The notes below the pieces were generated by a model, which did no database searches, was not told where the DNA came from, and saw nothing but the letters and a program-made list of their open reading frames with translations. A stretch of 64,000 nt of DNA from Deltaproteobacteria bacterium. GTDB lineage: Bacteria > Myxococcota_A > Polyangia > Polyangiales > Houyiibacteriaceae. A program made the translations under genes and the position numbers. The DNA lies in assembly GCA_034670305.1 (NCBI GenBank), contig JAXMNT010000040.1, forward strand, positions 1-64,000. Direction: 5' to 3'. Below, piece after piece: positions 36,755-45,198 of this stretch (the first letter of the stretch is position 1; the number at the start of each line of letters is the position of its first letter).

Positions 36755-39074
36755 AATCAGGGCGGAGCTCGCGCGCCCGCCGTTCGGCGCGTTCCCACAT
36801 GCGCAGGTAGCCCTCGGCCGACCGAAAGAGCGGCTCCAGTTCTTCGTCGGTCATGCCGTCTCGGCGCGCGTCTTCGATGAGCTCCGGCACCAGGCCCAGG
36901 TGGATCATGCCTTCGGTGTTGAAGTCGACCGTGCGTTCGCCGAGCTGCGGCTCGGTGAAGGTGACGTCGCCGCGGTACGACTGAAACGGATAAGTGATCG
37001 GGTTCTCTTGCCCTTCGCCGCAGCCGCTGTTCTCCCCGAAGCGCGGGCGCGGTGACCCGGCGAAACCATTGAGGTCGAAGCCGAAGCCTTCGGCCGGGTA
37101 GCCGCCGTGGTCCCGGATGAACTGGATCTGCTCGACGAACTGCCGCCCCATTGCCCCAGGCACGCCAGGTTCGCCGCATCGCCCGAGGTTGATTTTGGAC
37201 AGTCCGCCGAGTTCGTAGAGGAGCCCATTGTTGTTGCGGCCATGACTTCCGACGGCCGGGTAATCGTTCTCGACCAACAGCTCGTACGCGCGCTCGTACG
37301 AGCGCCGCGGCAAGTGATCGACTTCCAGGATCATGCCGCGAAGCATCATCTCTCGGATCAACGTCTCGCCCAGATCCGTCAACCCGGTCGCCTGACAGTA
37401 CTGCCCCTCGAGTGCGGGTTCGCCGAACGCGTCGAGAAACGGCAAGAGCGTGCCGATGGGGCTGTCCGCGAATCCGCTCATGTCGTTCGGCGCCGGATCG
37501 TCGTAGTTCGCGCGCGGCATGTTCAGCCCGCCGAACACGACCCCGCCGTTGTCGAACGCCGCTTGGCTCTCGGGACAGTCGGTGACGAAGTTCGAGTAGT
37601 GGCCGCTGTTGATGAAGCTGCCGATCTGCCCAACGTTCCGGTCCCCGTCGCCGGCGGAGAACGCGTTGTCGAACTTGTGCACCGGGAAGAGCACCCGCAC
37701 GCCGCGCTCGTAGTACTCGTCGAGTTGCGCGCGCACGTAGTTCGCATCGCAGTCGGGGAACCCTTCCCGCGGGGTCAGAAAACAATCGAAGAGGTTGGAG
37801 GTCTCGATGCCGAGCAACACCGCCATGCGGCCTTCGTGGATGACGCGCCGCGCGTCTGCCGGCGAAGTGACCACGCGGAACCAACCTTGCCCAGGCCCGC
37901 CCGACTGCGCGTCGATGTAGCGCTCGAGCGCGTAGGTCTCTTCGATCTGACGGTCGACCGCGACCATGTCGTTGCATGAGTAGCGCCGCGGCTGCGCACG
38001 AATGCCGGAGATCAACTCGCACAGCACCGAGTTGCTCGTCGCGTCCTGGACGAGCAACCGCAGGCCGGACCGATACGCGCGCTCGATCCAGCGGTGGTAT
38101 TGCGCTTGGTGGGTGGAGCTGTTCCAAGCGTTCGGCCAGTCGGTGAAGGTCGGGTAGCCCTCCGGGTGGTGGTTGAACTCCGGGGTCCGCCCAGTGATGA
38201 AGACGCCGATCAGCGCGTCGGTGTCGAGCTCTCCGCCGAGGCCTGAGAACGCGTACCCGATCAGGTCCCGCCGGCCGGTCGGGCCGTGGAACTGTTGGCA
38301 GCTCGGCAACGCGTGTTCGACCCCGAGCCGGTGGTAGGGCGACCCGTGGAACATGCCGGCGCCTCCGAAACCGAAGTTGGTGAAGAGGTGCGCGTGGGTC
38401 TCTACGAAGCCGTAAACGTCTCCGTCCTCCCACGCCGCTCCATCGACGGTGCCCTCTGCGTCAACGGTGAGTTCTGGGAACTCGGCGCACCCAGTCGCTG
38501 GATAGAACGAGATCGTGGCGGCCGAGTTCACGTCGCTGACCAGGGTGCCGTCCGAGGTCAGGTACGCGCCGGTCGCACGGTGGCGCAGTTGCAGGCGCGT
38601 CTCGTCGGACACGGCGATCTCCACGTCCCACTCCGCCGGTGAGACGAATGCGTCGTCGAGGCGGGTGAGGTCCGATTCGAGCGTGATCCGGCGACGCAGC
38701 GAAGCGACGGGCGCTTCACCTTCCGGCAGCTCGGGCAGCTCCGCCATCTCCGCGCCGTTGGGCACGTCGAACACGACGTAGCGTCCGTCCGCGTCGTAGA
38801 GGAGGTACGTGCCGAGGTCCGCGGCGCGCAACAAGAGCCGCGACGCATTCTCGGGATCCGTGGCCGTGAACTCGAACGTGGTGCCGAGTTCGTCCGTGGT
38901 GAGCCAGCGGGTGTTGGTCGAGCCGGGCGCGGCCGCGTCCATCGTGAAACATCCGTTGGCGAACGAATGCACGCCGTCGTGCGCAGGCGCCTCCGGCCGC
39001 GGAACGACGACCTCGGTGGGCCCGCAGGACACGAGAACGAAGAGCAACGAAAGAACGCAAGGCGCAGAGTGCAT
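36753..39074 (-). CDS. Amidohydrolase (membrane dipeptidase M19 / ceramide N-deacylase-like) lipoprotein
   Basis: LVS-C lipobox; ETHAH metal motif, LGIE, PVHKFDN, EVDH, SH, FDLNG, GMIHLGLVPELIED. Confidence 0.8.
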   Translation of the reverse strand: MHSAPCVLSLLFVLVSCGPTEVVVPRPEAPAHDGVHSFANGCFTMDAAAPGSTNTRWLTTDELGTTFEFTATDPENASRLLLRAADLGTYLLYDADGRYVVFDVPNGAEMAELPELPEGEAPVASLRRRITLESDLTRLDDAFVSPAEWDVEIAVSDETRLQLRHRATGAYLTSDGTLVSDVNSAATISFYPATGCAEFPELTVDAEGTVDGAAWEDGDVYGFVETHAHLFTNFGFGGAGMFHGSPYHRLGVEHALPSCQQFHGPTGRRDLIGYAFSGLGGELDTDALIGVFITGRTPEFNHHPEGYPTFTDWPNAWNSSTHQAQYHRWIERAYRSGLRLLVQDATSNSVLCELISGIRAQPRRYSCNDMVAVDRQIEETYALERYIDAQSGGPGQGWFRVVTSPADARRVIHEGRMAVLLGIETSNLFDCFLTPREGFPDCDANYVRAQLDEYYERGVRVLFPVHKFDNAFSAGDGDRNVGQIGSFINSGHYSNFVTDCPESQAAFDNGGVVFGGLNMPRANYDDPAPNDMSGFADSPIGTLLPFLDAFGEPALEGQYCQATGLTDLGETLIREMMLRGMILEVDHLPRRSYERAYELLVENDYPAVGSHGRNNNGLLYELGGLSKINLGRCGEPGVPGAMGRQFVEQIQFIRDHGGYPAEGFGFDLNGFAGSPRPRFGENSGCGEGQENPITYPFQSYRGDVTFTEPQLGERTVDFNTEGMIHLGLVPELIEDARRDGMTDEELEPLFRSAEGYLRMWERAERRARELRPD

Positions 39075-39140
39075 CGAGCCCCTGTGTAAAAGACCTTCGT
39101 CCTCGGGTCGAGTGGCGTTCTCCTCGAGTCGCGGTCTGAC

Positions 39141-39779
39141 CTACGCAGGTGGCTTGTCCACCCGGAGTCGCGCGGCAGTCTCCGCGTCCACCGGGTAGAC
39201 CCGCTCACTCGGGGTCTGCAACTCGTCGCGGGGACGGTCGCGCTGTTCGATCACGAACGGGGTCGCGTCTTCGATGCGGACGATGTCGTCGTGGACGTAG
39301 CGTTCGACCGCGGGACCCCGCAGCCCGATCTGGATCGCGCGCCGTTCGAGTTTCTCGCCGCCGGGGCCGTGGTCCGGATCCCACTGCAACCGAACCGACG
39401 AGTCTTTGACCGCTCGCTTCCACTCGGCCTCGGTGTCGAAGAGGTGGCGGGGCCAGCTCGAGTGCACCGCGGCCGCGAGGTAGCTGTCGAACGCGTCGCG
39501 GCGAAGATGGAGGGCGAGCACCCGCTCCTGGCCCTGGCTGCGCGCCCAGTCCGAGCGGTACATCATCCAGAGGAAGTTCGGTTTGATCCACGTCATGCGG
39601 GTCATCGAGAACGGCCCGCCGAAACGCTGGTGCGTCAGCGCGTGCTCGGCGATGGCGACTGGGTAGGCCTGGTAGACGACGATCACGGCGTCGTCCCAGT
39701 GCGCCATCACGTGACGGCCTTCGCTGGGCCAGCGGGTGTGCTGATCGATCCAGCGTTCGGTCGGGAGAGAGAACTTCAT
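39141..39779 (-). CDS. DUF4291 family protein
   Basis: VYQAY...IA, RMTWIKPNFLWMMYRS.W, VRLQWDPDH, RRAIQIGL. Confidence 0.9.
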   Translation of the reverse strand: MKFSLPTERWIDQHTRWPSEGRHVMAHWDDAVIVVYQAYPVAIAEHALTHQRFGGPFSMTRMTWIKPNFLWMMYRSDWARSQGQERVLALHLRRDAFDSYLAAAVHSSWPRHLFDTEAEWKRAVKDSSVRLQWDPDHGPGGEKLERRAIQIGLRGPAVERYVHDDIVRIEDATPFVIEQRDRPRDELQTPSERVYPVDAETAARLRVDKPPA

Positions 39780-39829
39780 GCGCGCCGAAGGTCGTCACGA
39801 TGAGCGAGACGTCAACCACAGGTGAGCGA

Positions 39830-39957
39830 ACAGCGGCAGACACAGCGGCAGACACAGCGGCAGACACAGCGGCAGACACAGCGGCAGACACAGCGGCAGA
39901 CACAGCGGCAGACACAGCGGCAGACACAGCGGCAGACACAGCGGCAGACACAGCGGC
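39830..39957. repeat. Perfect 12-bp intergenic tandem repeat (CAGCGGCAGACA) x10 plus partial
   Basis: Direct inspection; no spacers. Confidence 0.95.
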
Positions 39958-40023
39958 GCCGGCTCTCTGCACGGCGACTCACTGGCCGTGACTGCGTGGC
40001 TGGTCACGCCACGAGAAAGGCGC

Positions 40024-40776
40024 TCAGGGCGTGATGGTCACGGGCAGGGTTCGGTCGAGGCCGGCGACGCGGACCGTGAGGGTGGTCTCCCCCTCGAGGT
40101 TGCCGGTGACCTGGACGATGGTGCCGGTGAGGGCGTCCGCCTCGTAGGTGTGCAGCCCACCGCGAACCGTCGTGGCGAGTTCGGTGTCCGCGACCGACGC
40201 GTGCTCGTAGTTGGCGGCGAGCAAGTGACCCTCGGCGTCGACGGGGAGGATCTCGAGGCTGCGTGTCTCGCCCACCTTCAGGTCGAGCCGGGTGAGCTCG
40301 CCTCCGAGGTCGAGGTCGAGCACCGCGACGTCCACCGCGTCGCGCACGAACACGCGCTGCGTCACGTCCCGTTCCCCATCGGTCCAGGTCAACTCGGTGT
40401 CGCCGGCCGTGTCGAAGTTGGCGTTGAACGCGGTCGCCTCGCCACCGAACTCGGACACGCTCCAGCCGGCCTCGGGCACCACGGTCACCTCTTCACCGGC
40501 CGCGACATAGGTGTCTTCGCCGCCTTCGCAGCTGCTGCAGTCGAGGTGGCCGACCCGCGCACCCGAGACGTCGAGGTACTGGTGGTCGTAGTCGAGTCCG
40601 CCGTAGAGGACGCCGAGCACGAGGATCGCGGCGTTGATGCCGCCGTTGAGCGCGACGTCGAAGGCGACGCCCACGACCAACTCGACCAGGTTGACGGCGC
40701 CGCGCACCAGACCGCAGCCCTGGGCGGCGACGAGGAGGGCGGTGGCGGACGATGAGATTCGAAGCGTCTTGTGCAT
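40024..40776 (-). CDS. Hypothetical lipoprotein with Ig-like domains
   Basis: SD GGAGG; AAQG-C lipobox then hydrophobic segment; beta-rich C-terminus. Confidence 0.7.
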   Translation of the reverse strand: MHKTLRISSSATALLVAAQGCGLVRGAVNLVELVVGVAFDVALNGGINAAILVLGVLYGGLDYDHQYLDVSGARVGHLDCSSCEGGEDTYVAAGEEVTVVPEAGWSVSEFGGEATAFNANFDTAGDTELTWTDGERDVTQRVFVRDAVDVAVLDLDLGGELTRLDLKVGETRSLEILPVDAEGHLLAANYEHASVADTELATTVRGGLHTYEADALTGTIVQVTGNLEGETTLTVRVAGLDRTLPVTITP

Positions 40777-41021
40777 GCCGCCCTCCATCTCAAGACCCGT
40801 GCCACCCGTTTGTGGTCACAAACCCCGTAATTCTTGGGTTTGGCCGCAGATCGGGACTGTGAACACGGGTTCCGATCGGCCTGGATCGCCAACTCGCGGT
40901 GACGCTGGGTCGAAGCGACCCCACTGCGAACTTCGGTTCTCAAGGGTGGATGGAGTCTCTGCGCGAACCATGTTCCGAAGCACGGGTGCGGAGGCTGTGG
41001 CTGGGTCTCTCGGCCCCAAAC

Positions 41022-41052
41022 TTGACCGGGCGCGACTGCACACCTGTAAAAT
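41022..41052 (+). promoter_or_regulatory. Sigma70-like promoter, leaderless-type
   Basis: TTGACC-N19-TAAAAT-N6-ATG(41059); the spacer is longer than ideal. Confidence 0.5.
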
Positions 41053-41058
41053 GTGGGA

Positions 41059-42291
41059 ATGGAGGATCGTGCGCTCTCGGCTTTTCGCCGCCTACTGGCC
41101 GATGGGGCCGCCGGTGGGCAGTCGAAGGTGGATGCGCTCGTCGCATTGGCTCAGCGCACGGTCTTCGTCGCGACGTGGACGGCGGGCGGCGACGACTTCC
41201 GCACCCTCATCAACAGCAACGGCCAGAACGCGCTTCCCCTCTTCACGGATCTCGCGGAGCTCGAAGGCGCCGCCCAGCGCCTCGGTTGGGTGACCGCCGA
41301 CGGCCGGATCCCGCACCAAGAGATTGGCGCCCGTCGCGCGTTTCGACACCTGATCGCGCACGACCTCGGCTTCATCATCATCGACATCGCGGCCGACCAC
41401 TCTCTCGAGTGCGAACGGTCGGAGATCGAACCGCTGATGCAGCGCCGGGGCAACGACCAGACCGGGCCCTTCGCAGGGGTGGGCCGGATCAGCGAGACCA
41501 TGCTGCAGGCGGTCAAAGCGACTCCGTCGAAGGGGACACCCATGGTGGGCGCGGTCGATCCACCGTCGAAGCTCCCGAGCGGCGCGTTGGTCCCATCGAG
41601 TCCGGGCACGACCACGAGCCCGGGCGAACAGTCCAGTCCGGGCGCATTCGACAGCCCTTCCCAGTCTTCGCCGGGCACCCAGTCTTCGCCCGGCACCCAG
41701 TCTTCGCCGGGCACCCAGTCTTCGCCGGGCACCCAGTCTTCGCCGGGCACCCAGTCTTCGCCGGGCACCCAGTCTTCGCCGGGCACCCAGTCTTCGCCGG
41801 GCACCCAGTCTTCCCCTGGCACCCAGTCTTCCCCTGGCAGCCAGGCCGCCCCGTCCTCGCCGGGCGATCTCCCGACCCCCGACATGGACCCGCCGGCACC
41901 GGGCCTCTCCGTCTCCGACGCCCTGCCCTCGACCACCTCTGCGGCCACGTTCGGATCCGGCGCGAGCACCGTGGAGATCCAGCCGATCTCGCAGGAGCCG
42001 AGCAACGAACTGCTCGATGCGATCAGTGCCGTCTTGAGGGGCTACCCGGAGATCGAATGGGCCGCGTTCTGCATGACCTCGCGCGGACCTGCGGGTGCGT
42101 TGCCGACCATCGGGCTCCGTGTCGACACGAGCTACCGCGCGCGGGTCAACGAGATCATCCGTGACATTCGGACGGCGGGCGATGGGCGCGGGGCCAGCCT
42201 CGATGTGCTCTTGCTCGACGACCCTTCCTTGGTCCGGGCAGCCCGCAGCTCGGCGATTGTGTTCTTCCCGTGGCGCCGCCGCTCGAGTTGA
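41059..42291 (+). CDS. SseB-family protein (N- and C-domains) with a Ser/Pro repeat linker
   Basis: ALPLFTDLAEL SseB_N motif; LLDAISAVL...PEIEWA SseB_C-like domain. Confidence 0.8.
   Translation: MEDRALSAFRRLLADGAAGGQSKVDALVALAQRTVFVATWTAGGDDFRTLINSNGQNALPLFTDLAELEGAAQRLGWVTADGRIPHQEIGARRAFRHLIAHDLGFIIIDIAADHSLECERSEIEPLMQRRGNDQTGPFAGVGRISETMLQAVKATPSKGTPMVGAVDPPSKLPSGALVPSSPGTTTSPGEQSSPGAFDSPSQSSPGTQSSPGTQSSPGTQSSPGTQSSPGTQSSPGTQSSPGTQSSPGTQSSPGTQSSPGSQAAPSSPGDLPTPDMDPPAPGLSVSDALPSTTSAATFGSGASTVEIQPISQEPSNELLDAISAVLRGYPEIEWAAFCMTSRGPAGALPTIGLRVDTSYRARVNEIIRDIRTAGDGRGASLDVLLLDDPSLVRAARSSAIVFFPWRRRSS
41662..41841 (+). repeat. In-frame 18-bp tandem repeat (QSSPGT) x10
   Basis: cagtcttcgccgggcacc units. 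Confidence 0.95.
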
Positions 42292-42376
42292 CCGTGGCGC
42301 GCTGAAATCCGTACGCGCCACCTGGAAGACGTGAGACCTTCACCCATCGCGACCGACGCGTCGCATGGAGGGATTC

Positions 42377-42727
42377 ATGGTCGACAAGAAGAACCTGGGC
42401 GCCGGCAAGGCAGGGGCAGTGGCTGGCAAGAAGACGGGTGGCAAAGGCGTGCCTGGCAAAGCTGCGGCACCGGCGAAGACCGCTGCCAAGGGCGCGGGCA
42501 AAGCCGCCGCCAAGGGTGCGGGCAAAGTCGCCACCAAGGGGGCCGTCGCGGGCAAAGGCGCGGCCCTCGCCAAGGGTGCAGGCGCCGCTGGAAAGGGCGT
42601 GGGCAAGGTGGCCGGCAAAGGCGCAGCGCCTGCCGCCAAGGGCGCCGCCAAGGGTGCCGCCAAGCCTGCCGCCAAGGGTGCCGCCAAGGGTGCCGCCAAG
42701 GGGGGCGCCGCCAAGGGCAAGAAGTAG
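42377..42727 (+). CDS. Lys/Ala/Gly-rich basic histone-H1-like protein
   Basis: SD GGAGG; AAKG repeats, almost no acidic residues; hairpin at 42738-42764 after the stop. Confidence 0.75.
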   Translation: MVDKKNLGAGKAGAVAGKKTGGKGVPGKAAAPAKTAAKGAGKAAAKGAGKVATKGAVAGKGAALAKGAGAAGKGVGKVAGKGAAPAAKGAAKGAAKPAAKGAAKGAAKGGAAKGKK

Positions 42728-42814
42728 CGTTCCGGACACGCCGGCGGATCTCTTCCGTCGGCGTCGTCCTCCGCTCCGGTTGACGATTCCAACCGGGGAC
42801 TGCACGCCTTTGGT

Positions 42815-44161
42815 GTGAGTGCAGACTTCGACGAAGAGCGAACGGACCCTTCGAACCACGCGTTCGGGTCGTGCGCGCCGAAGATCTGGACGCCCGTGCC
42901 CGGCAGCACCTCGCAGGCCCTCGTCGAAGTGTTGGCCCGCACCGAGTGCCCCGCATTCACCGCGCGTCGGGCCCGTCGTGCCGAGACCTCGGGGGCGTCC
43001 GCCGATCCGATCGTCTGGACGCGGGCGGTTGGATCGAACGTCGGCGACGCCGACGGAAACATCTACGTCGATCTCACCTCTGGATTCGGCGTCGCGGCGA
43101 TCGGGCATGCCCACCCCGCCGTGACCGCGGCGGTGACGGTGCAAGCGGCCAAGCTCTCACACGCGCTCGGCGACCTTCATCCGTCCGCGGTGAAGATCGA
43201 ACTCCTCTCACGGCTCTGCGCGATGGCGCCATTCGAGGATGCCCGCGCCGTGCTCTCGCTCAGCGGCTCCGACGCGGTCGAGACCGCGCTGAAGACCGCG
43301 ATGCTCGCCACCGGAAAGCCGGGGGTCCTCGCATTCGACGGGGGCTACCACGGGCTCTCGCACGGACCGCTGGCCGCCTGCGGCTACAGCCTTGGGTTCC
43401 GGAGACCCTTCGCGGCACAACTCAACCCGCACGTTCGGTTCGCGTCGTGGCACGAGGTCGACGCTGGGGCTGCGATGGAAGCGGTGGAGCACGCGTGGAC
43501 CGAAGACATCGGCGCGGTGCTCCTCGAACCGCTTCAGGGACGCGGAGGTTGTCGGCCCTCCGCGCCCGGATTTCTCGCGTCGCTCTCAAAGTTCTGCCGC
43601 CAGCGCGGCGCCTTGCTGATCGTCGATGAGATCCTCACCGGGCTCGGCCGCACCGGTCGTCCTGGTGGCCGGATGTTTCTCAGCGACGCGCTCGGCGCCT
43701 CGCCGGATCTTCTCTGCGTCGGCAAAGCACTCGGAGGCGGGCTGCCGGTGAGCGCGTGCATCGGGCGCGCCGAGGTGATGCAGGCGTGGGGCGACCCCGA
43801 TGGAGAGGCGCTGCACACCGGCACGTTCTTCGGTCATCCGCTCGGGTGCGCCGCGGCCCTCGCCGCACTCGACGTGCTCGAGTCCCTCGGCGACCGCGCG
43901 ACGGTGATCGGCGAGGCGTGGCGCGCGCGGCTGCGACGCATCACCGGCCGGCCGGTCACGGGCGCCGGGCTGCTCCTTGGTGTCCGGTTCGACCACAACG
44001 TGCTCCCGCTCGTCGCGCGGCTGCTCGAACGCGGCTACCTGACGCTGCCCGCCGGCGCCGACGCACACACCCTGCAACTCGCGCCACCGATCCCGATCGA
44101 CGAAGCACTCCTGCACGGATTCGACGCCGCGCTGGCCGAGGTCCTGGCGGACGCCGGATGA
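42815..44161 (+). CDS. Class III PLP aminotransferase
   Basis: DADGN.Y.D, GH.HP, SGSDAVE, YHG, EP.QG.GG, DEILTGLGRTG, GKALGGG (PLP Lys). Confidence 0.93.
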   Translation: MSADFDEERTDPSNHAFGSCAPKIWTPVPGSTSQALVEVLARTECPAFTARRARRAETSGASADPIVWTRAVGSNVGDADGNIYVDLTSGFGVAAIGHAHPAVTAAVTVQAAKLSHALGDLHPSAVKIELLSRLCAMAPFEDARAVLSLSGSDAVETALKTAMLATGKPGVLAFDGGYHGLSHGPLAACGYSLGFRRPFAAQLNPHVRFASWHEVDAGAAMEAVEHAWTEDIGAVLLEPLQGRGGCRPSAPGFLASLSKFCRQRGALLIVDEILTGLGRTGRPGGRMFLSDALGASPDLLCVGKALGGGLPVSACIGRAEVMQAWGDPDGEALHTGTFFGHPLGCAAALAALDVLESLGDRATVIGEAWRARLRRITGRPVTGAGLLLGVRFDHNVLPLVARLLERGYLTLPAGADAHTLQLAPPIPIDEALLHGFDAALAEVLADAG

Positions 44162-45198
44162 GTCCCGAGTCCGAACGCGCGCGGCTGCGCAGCGCGATCC
44201 TCGAGTTCATGCCGCGCTCGATCGAGTCGCCGGACGAGAAAGCGCTCGGTGCGTTGCTGGACGATGTCGCCGAATGGCAAGCCCGGCACGTGCCGCCCTA
44301 CGCGCGGTTGGTCGCCGCGCGGGGCATCGGTGCAGCGCTCCCGACCGATGTGTTTCGACACGCCCGCGTCGCCGCGCACCCGCTGTCCCAAGACGTCGCG
44401 GTGTTCCGCACGAGCGGCACGACCGCGAGCCCCGGCGAACACTTCTTTCGGTCGCTCGAACTCTACGAGACCGCGGCGCGGCTCTGGGCATCGCAGCTGC
44501 TTTTCCCGAGCGACGTGCGGATGCGCTTTGTGCTCATGGACACGCCGCGCCCCGGCTCGTCGCTGGCGCACATGGTGTGGTCGTTCACCGACTGGTTCTC
44601 CGCGGGCGATTCCAGCCAAGTGACCCCCTGCGATCCGAACAGCGCGGCAGAGGTCGCGCAGACGATCGAAGCCGCCGCTGGCGACGGTCCGGTGTGTCTG
44701 CTCGGCACCAGCTTCGCGTTCGTCTTTGCGGAGGAGGCCCTGCGCGAATCGGGTGCGAGCTTCCAGTTGCCCGAGGGCAGCCGCATCATGCACACCGGCG
44801 GCTTCAAGGGCCGCACCCGCGAGGTCGAACCCGCCCACATGATCGAACAACTCGCCGCGCGCTACGGCGTCGCGGAGAATCACGTCGTCGCCGAGTACGG
44901 CATGACCGAGCTCAGCTCGCAGGCCTACGAGACCACGCTCACAGAGCCCAACACACCGCGCCGGTTGAAGTTCCCGCCTTGGGTGCGCGCAACCGCCGTC
45001 GACCCCGCGACCTTGGAGCCCACTGGCGACGCGCCCGGCATCCTGCGCCTCGAAGACCTCGCGAACCTCGACTCGTGTTGCCGGATCCAGACCGCCGACA
45101 TGGCCCGCCGCGAAGGCGACGGTTGGGTGCTGCTCGGTCGCGCGCCCGGCGCGGTGCCACGCGGGTGTTCACTCGCCACGGAATCGGCGCTCGCGTGA
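44158..45198 (+). CDS. luxE: Acyl-protein synthetase, LuxE family
   Basis: FRTSGTT, TGGFKGR, EYGMTELSSQ, IQTAD, LLGR...RGCS (acceptor Cys); ATGA overlap with the upstream gene. Confidence 0.9.
   Translation: MSPESERARLRSAILEFMPRSIESPDEKALGALLDDVAEWQARHVPPYARLVAARGIGAALPTDVFRHARVAAHPLSQDVAVFRTSGTTASPGEHFFRSLELYETAARLWASQLLFPSDVRMRFVLMDTPRPGSSLAHMVWSFTDWFSAGDSSQVTPCDPNSAAEVAQTIEAAAGDGPVCLLGTSFAFVFAEEALRESGASFQLPEGSRIMHTGGFKGRTREVEPAHMIEQLAARYGVAENHVVAEYGMTELSSQAYETTLTEPNTPRRLKFPPWVRATAVDPATLEPTGDAPGILRLEDLANLDSCCRIQTADMARREGDGWVLLGRAPGAVPRGCSLATESALA

Noticed and set aside
39830-39957. CRISPR array or repeat-encoded small protein
   Set aside because: Units are contiguous with no spacers and no cas genes are present; the ORFs across it (TAAD, QRQT, CLPL) are by-products of a 12-bp period.
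40790-41020. tRNA or known ncRNA in the divergent intergenic region
   Set aside because: Only short hairpins; no cloverleaf or recognisable family motif by eye. A covariance search would be needed to exclude it fully.
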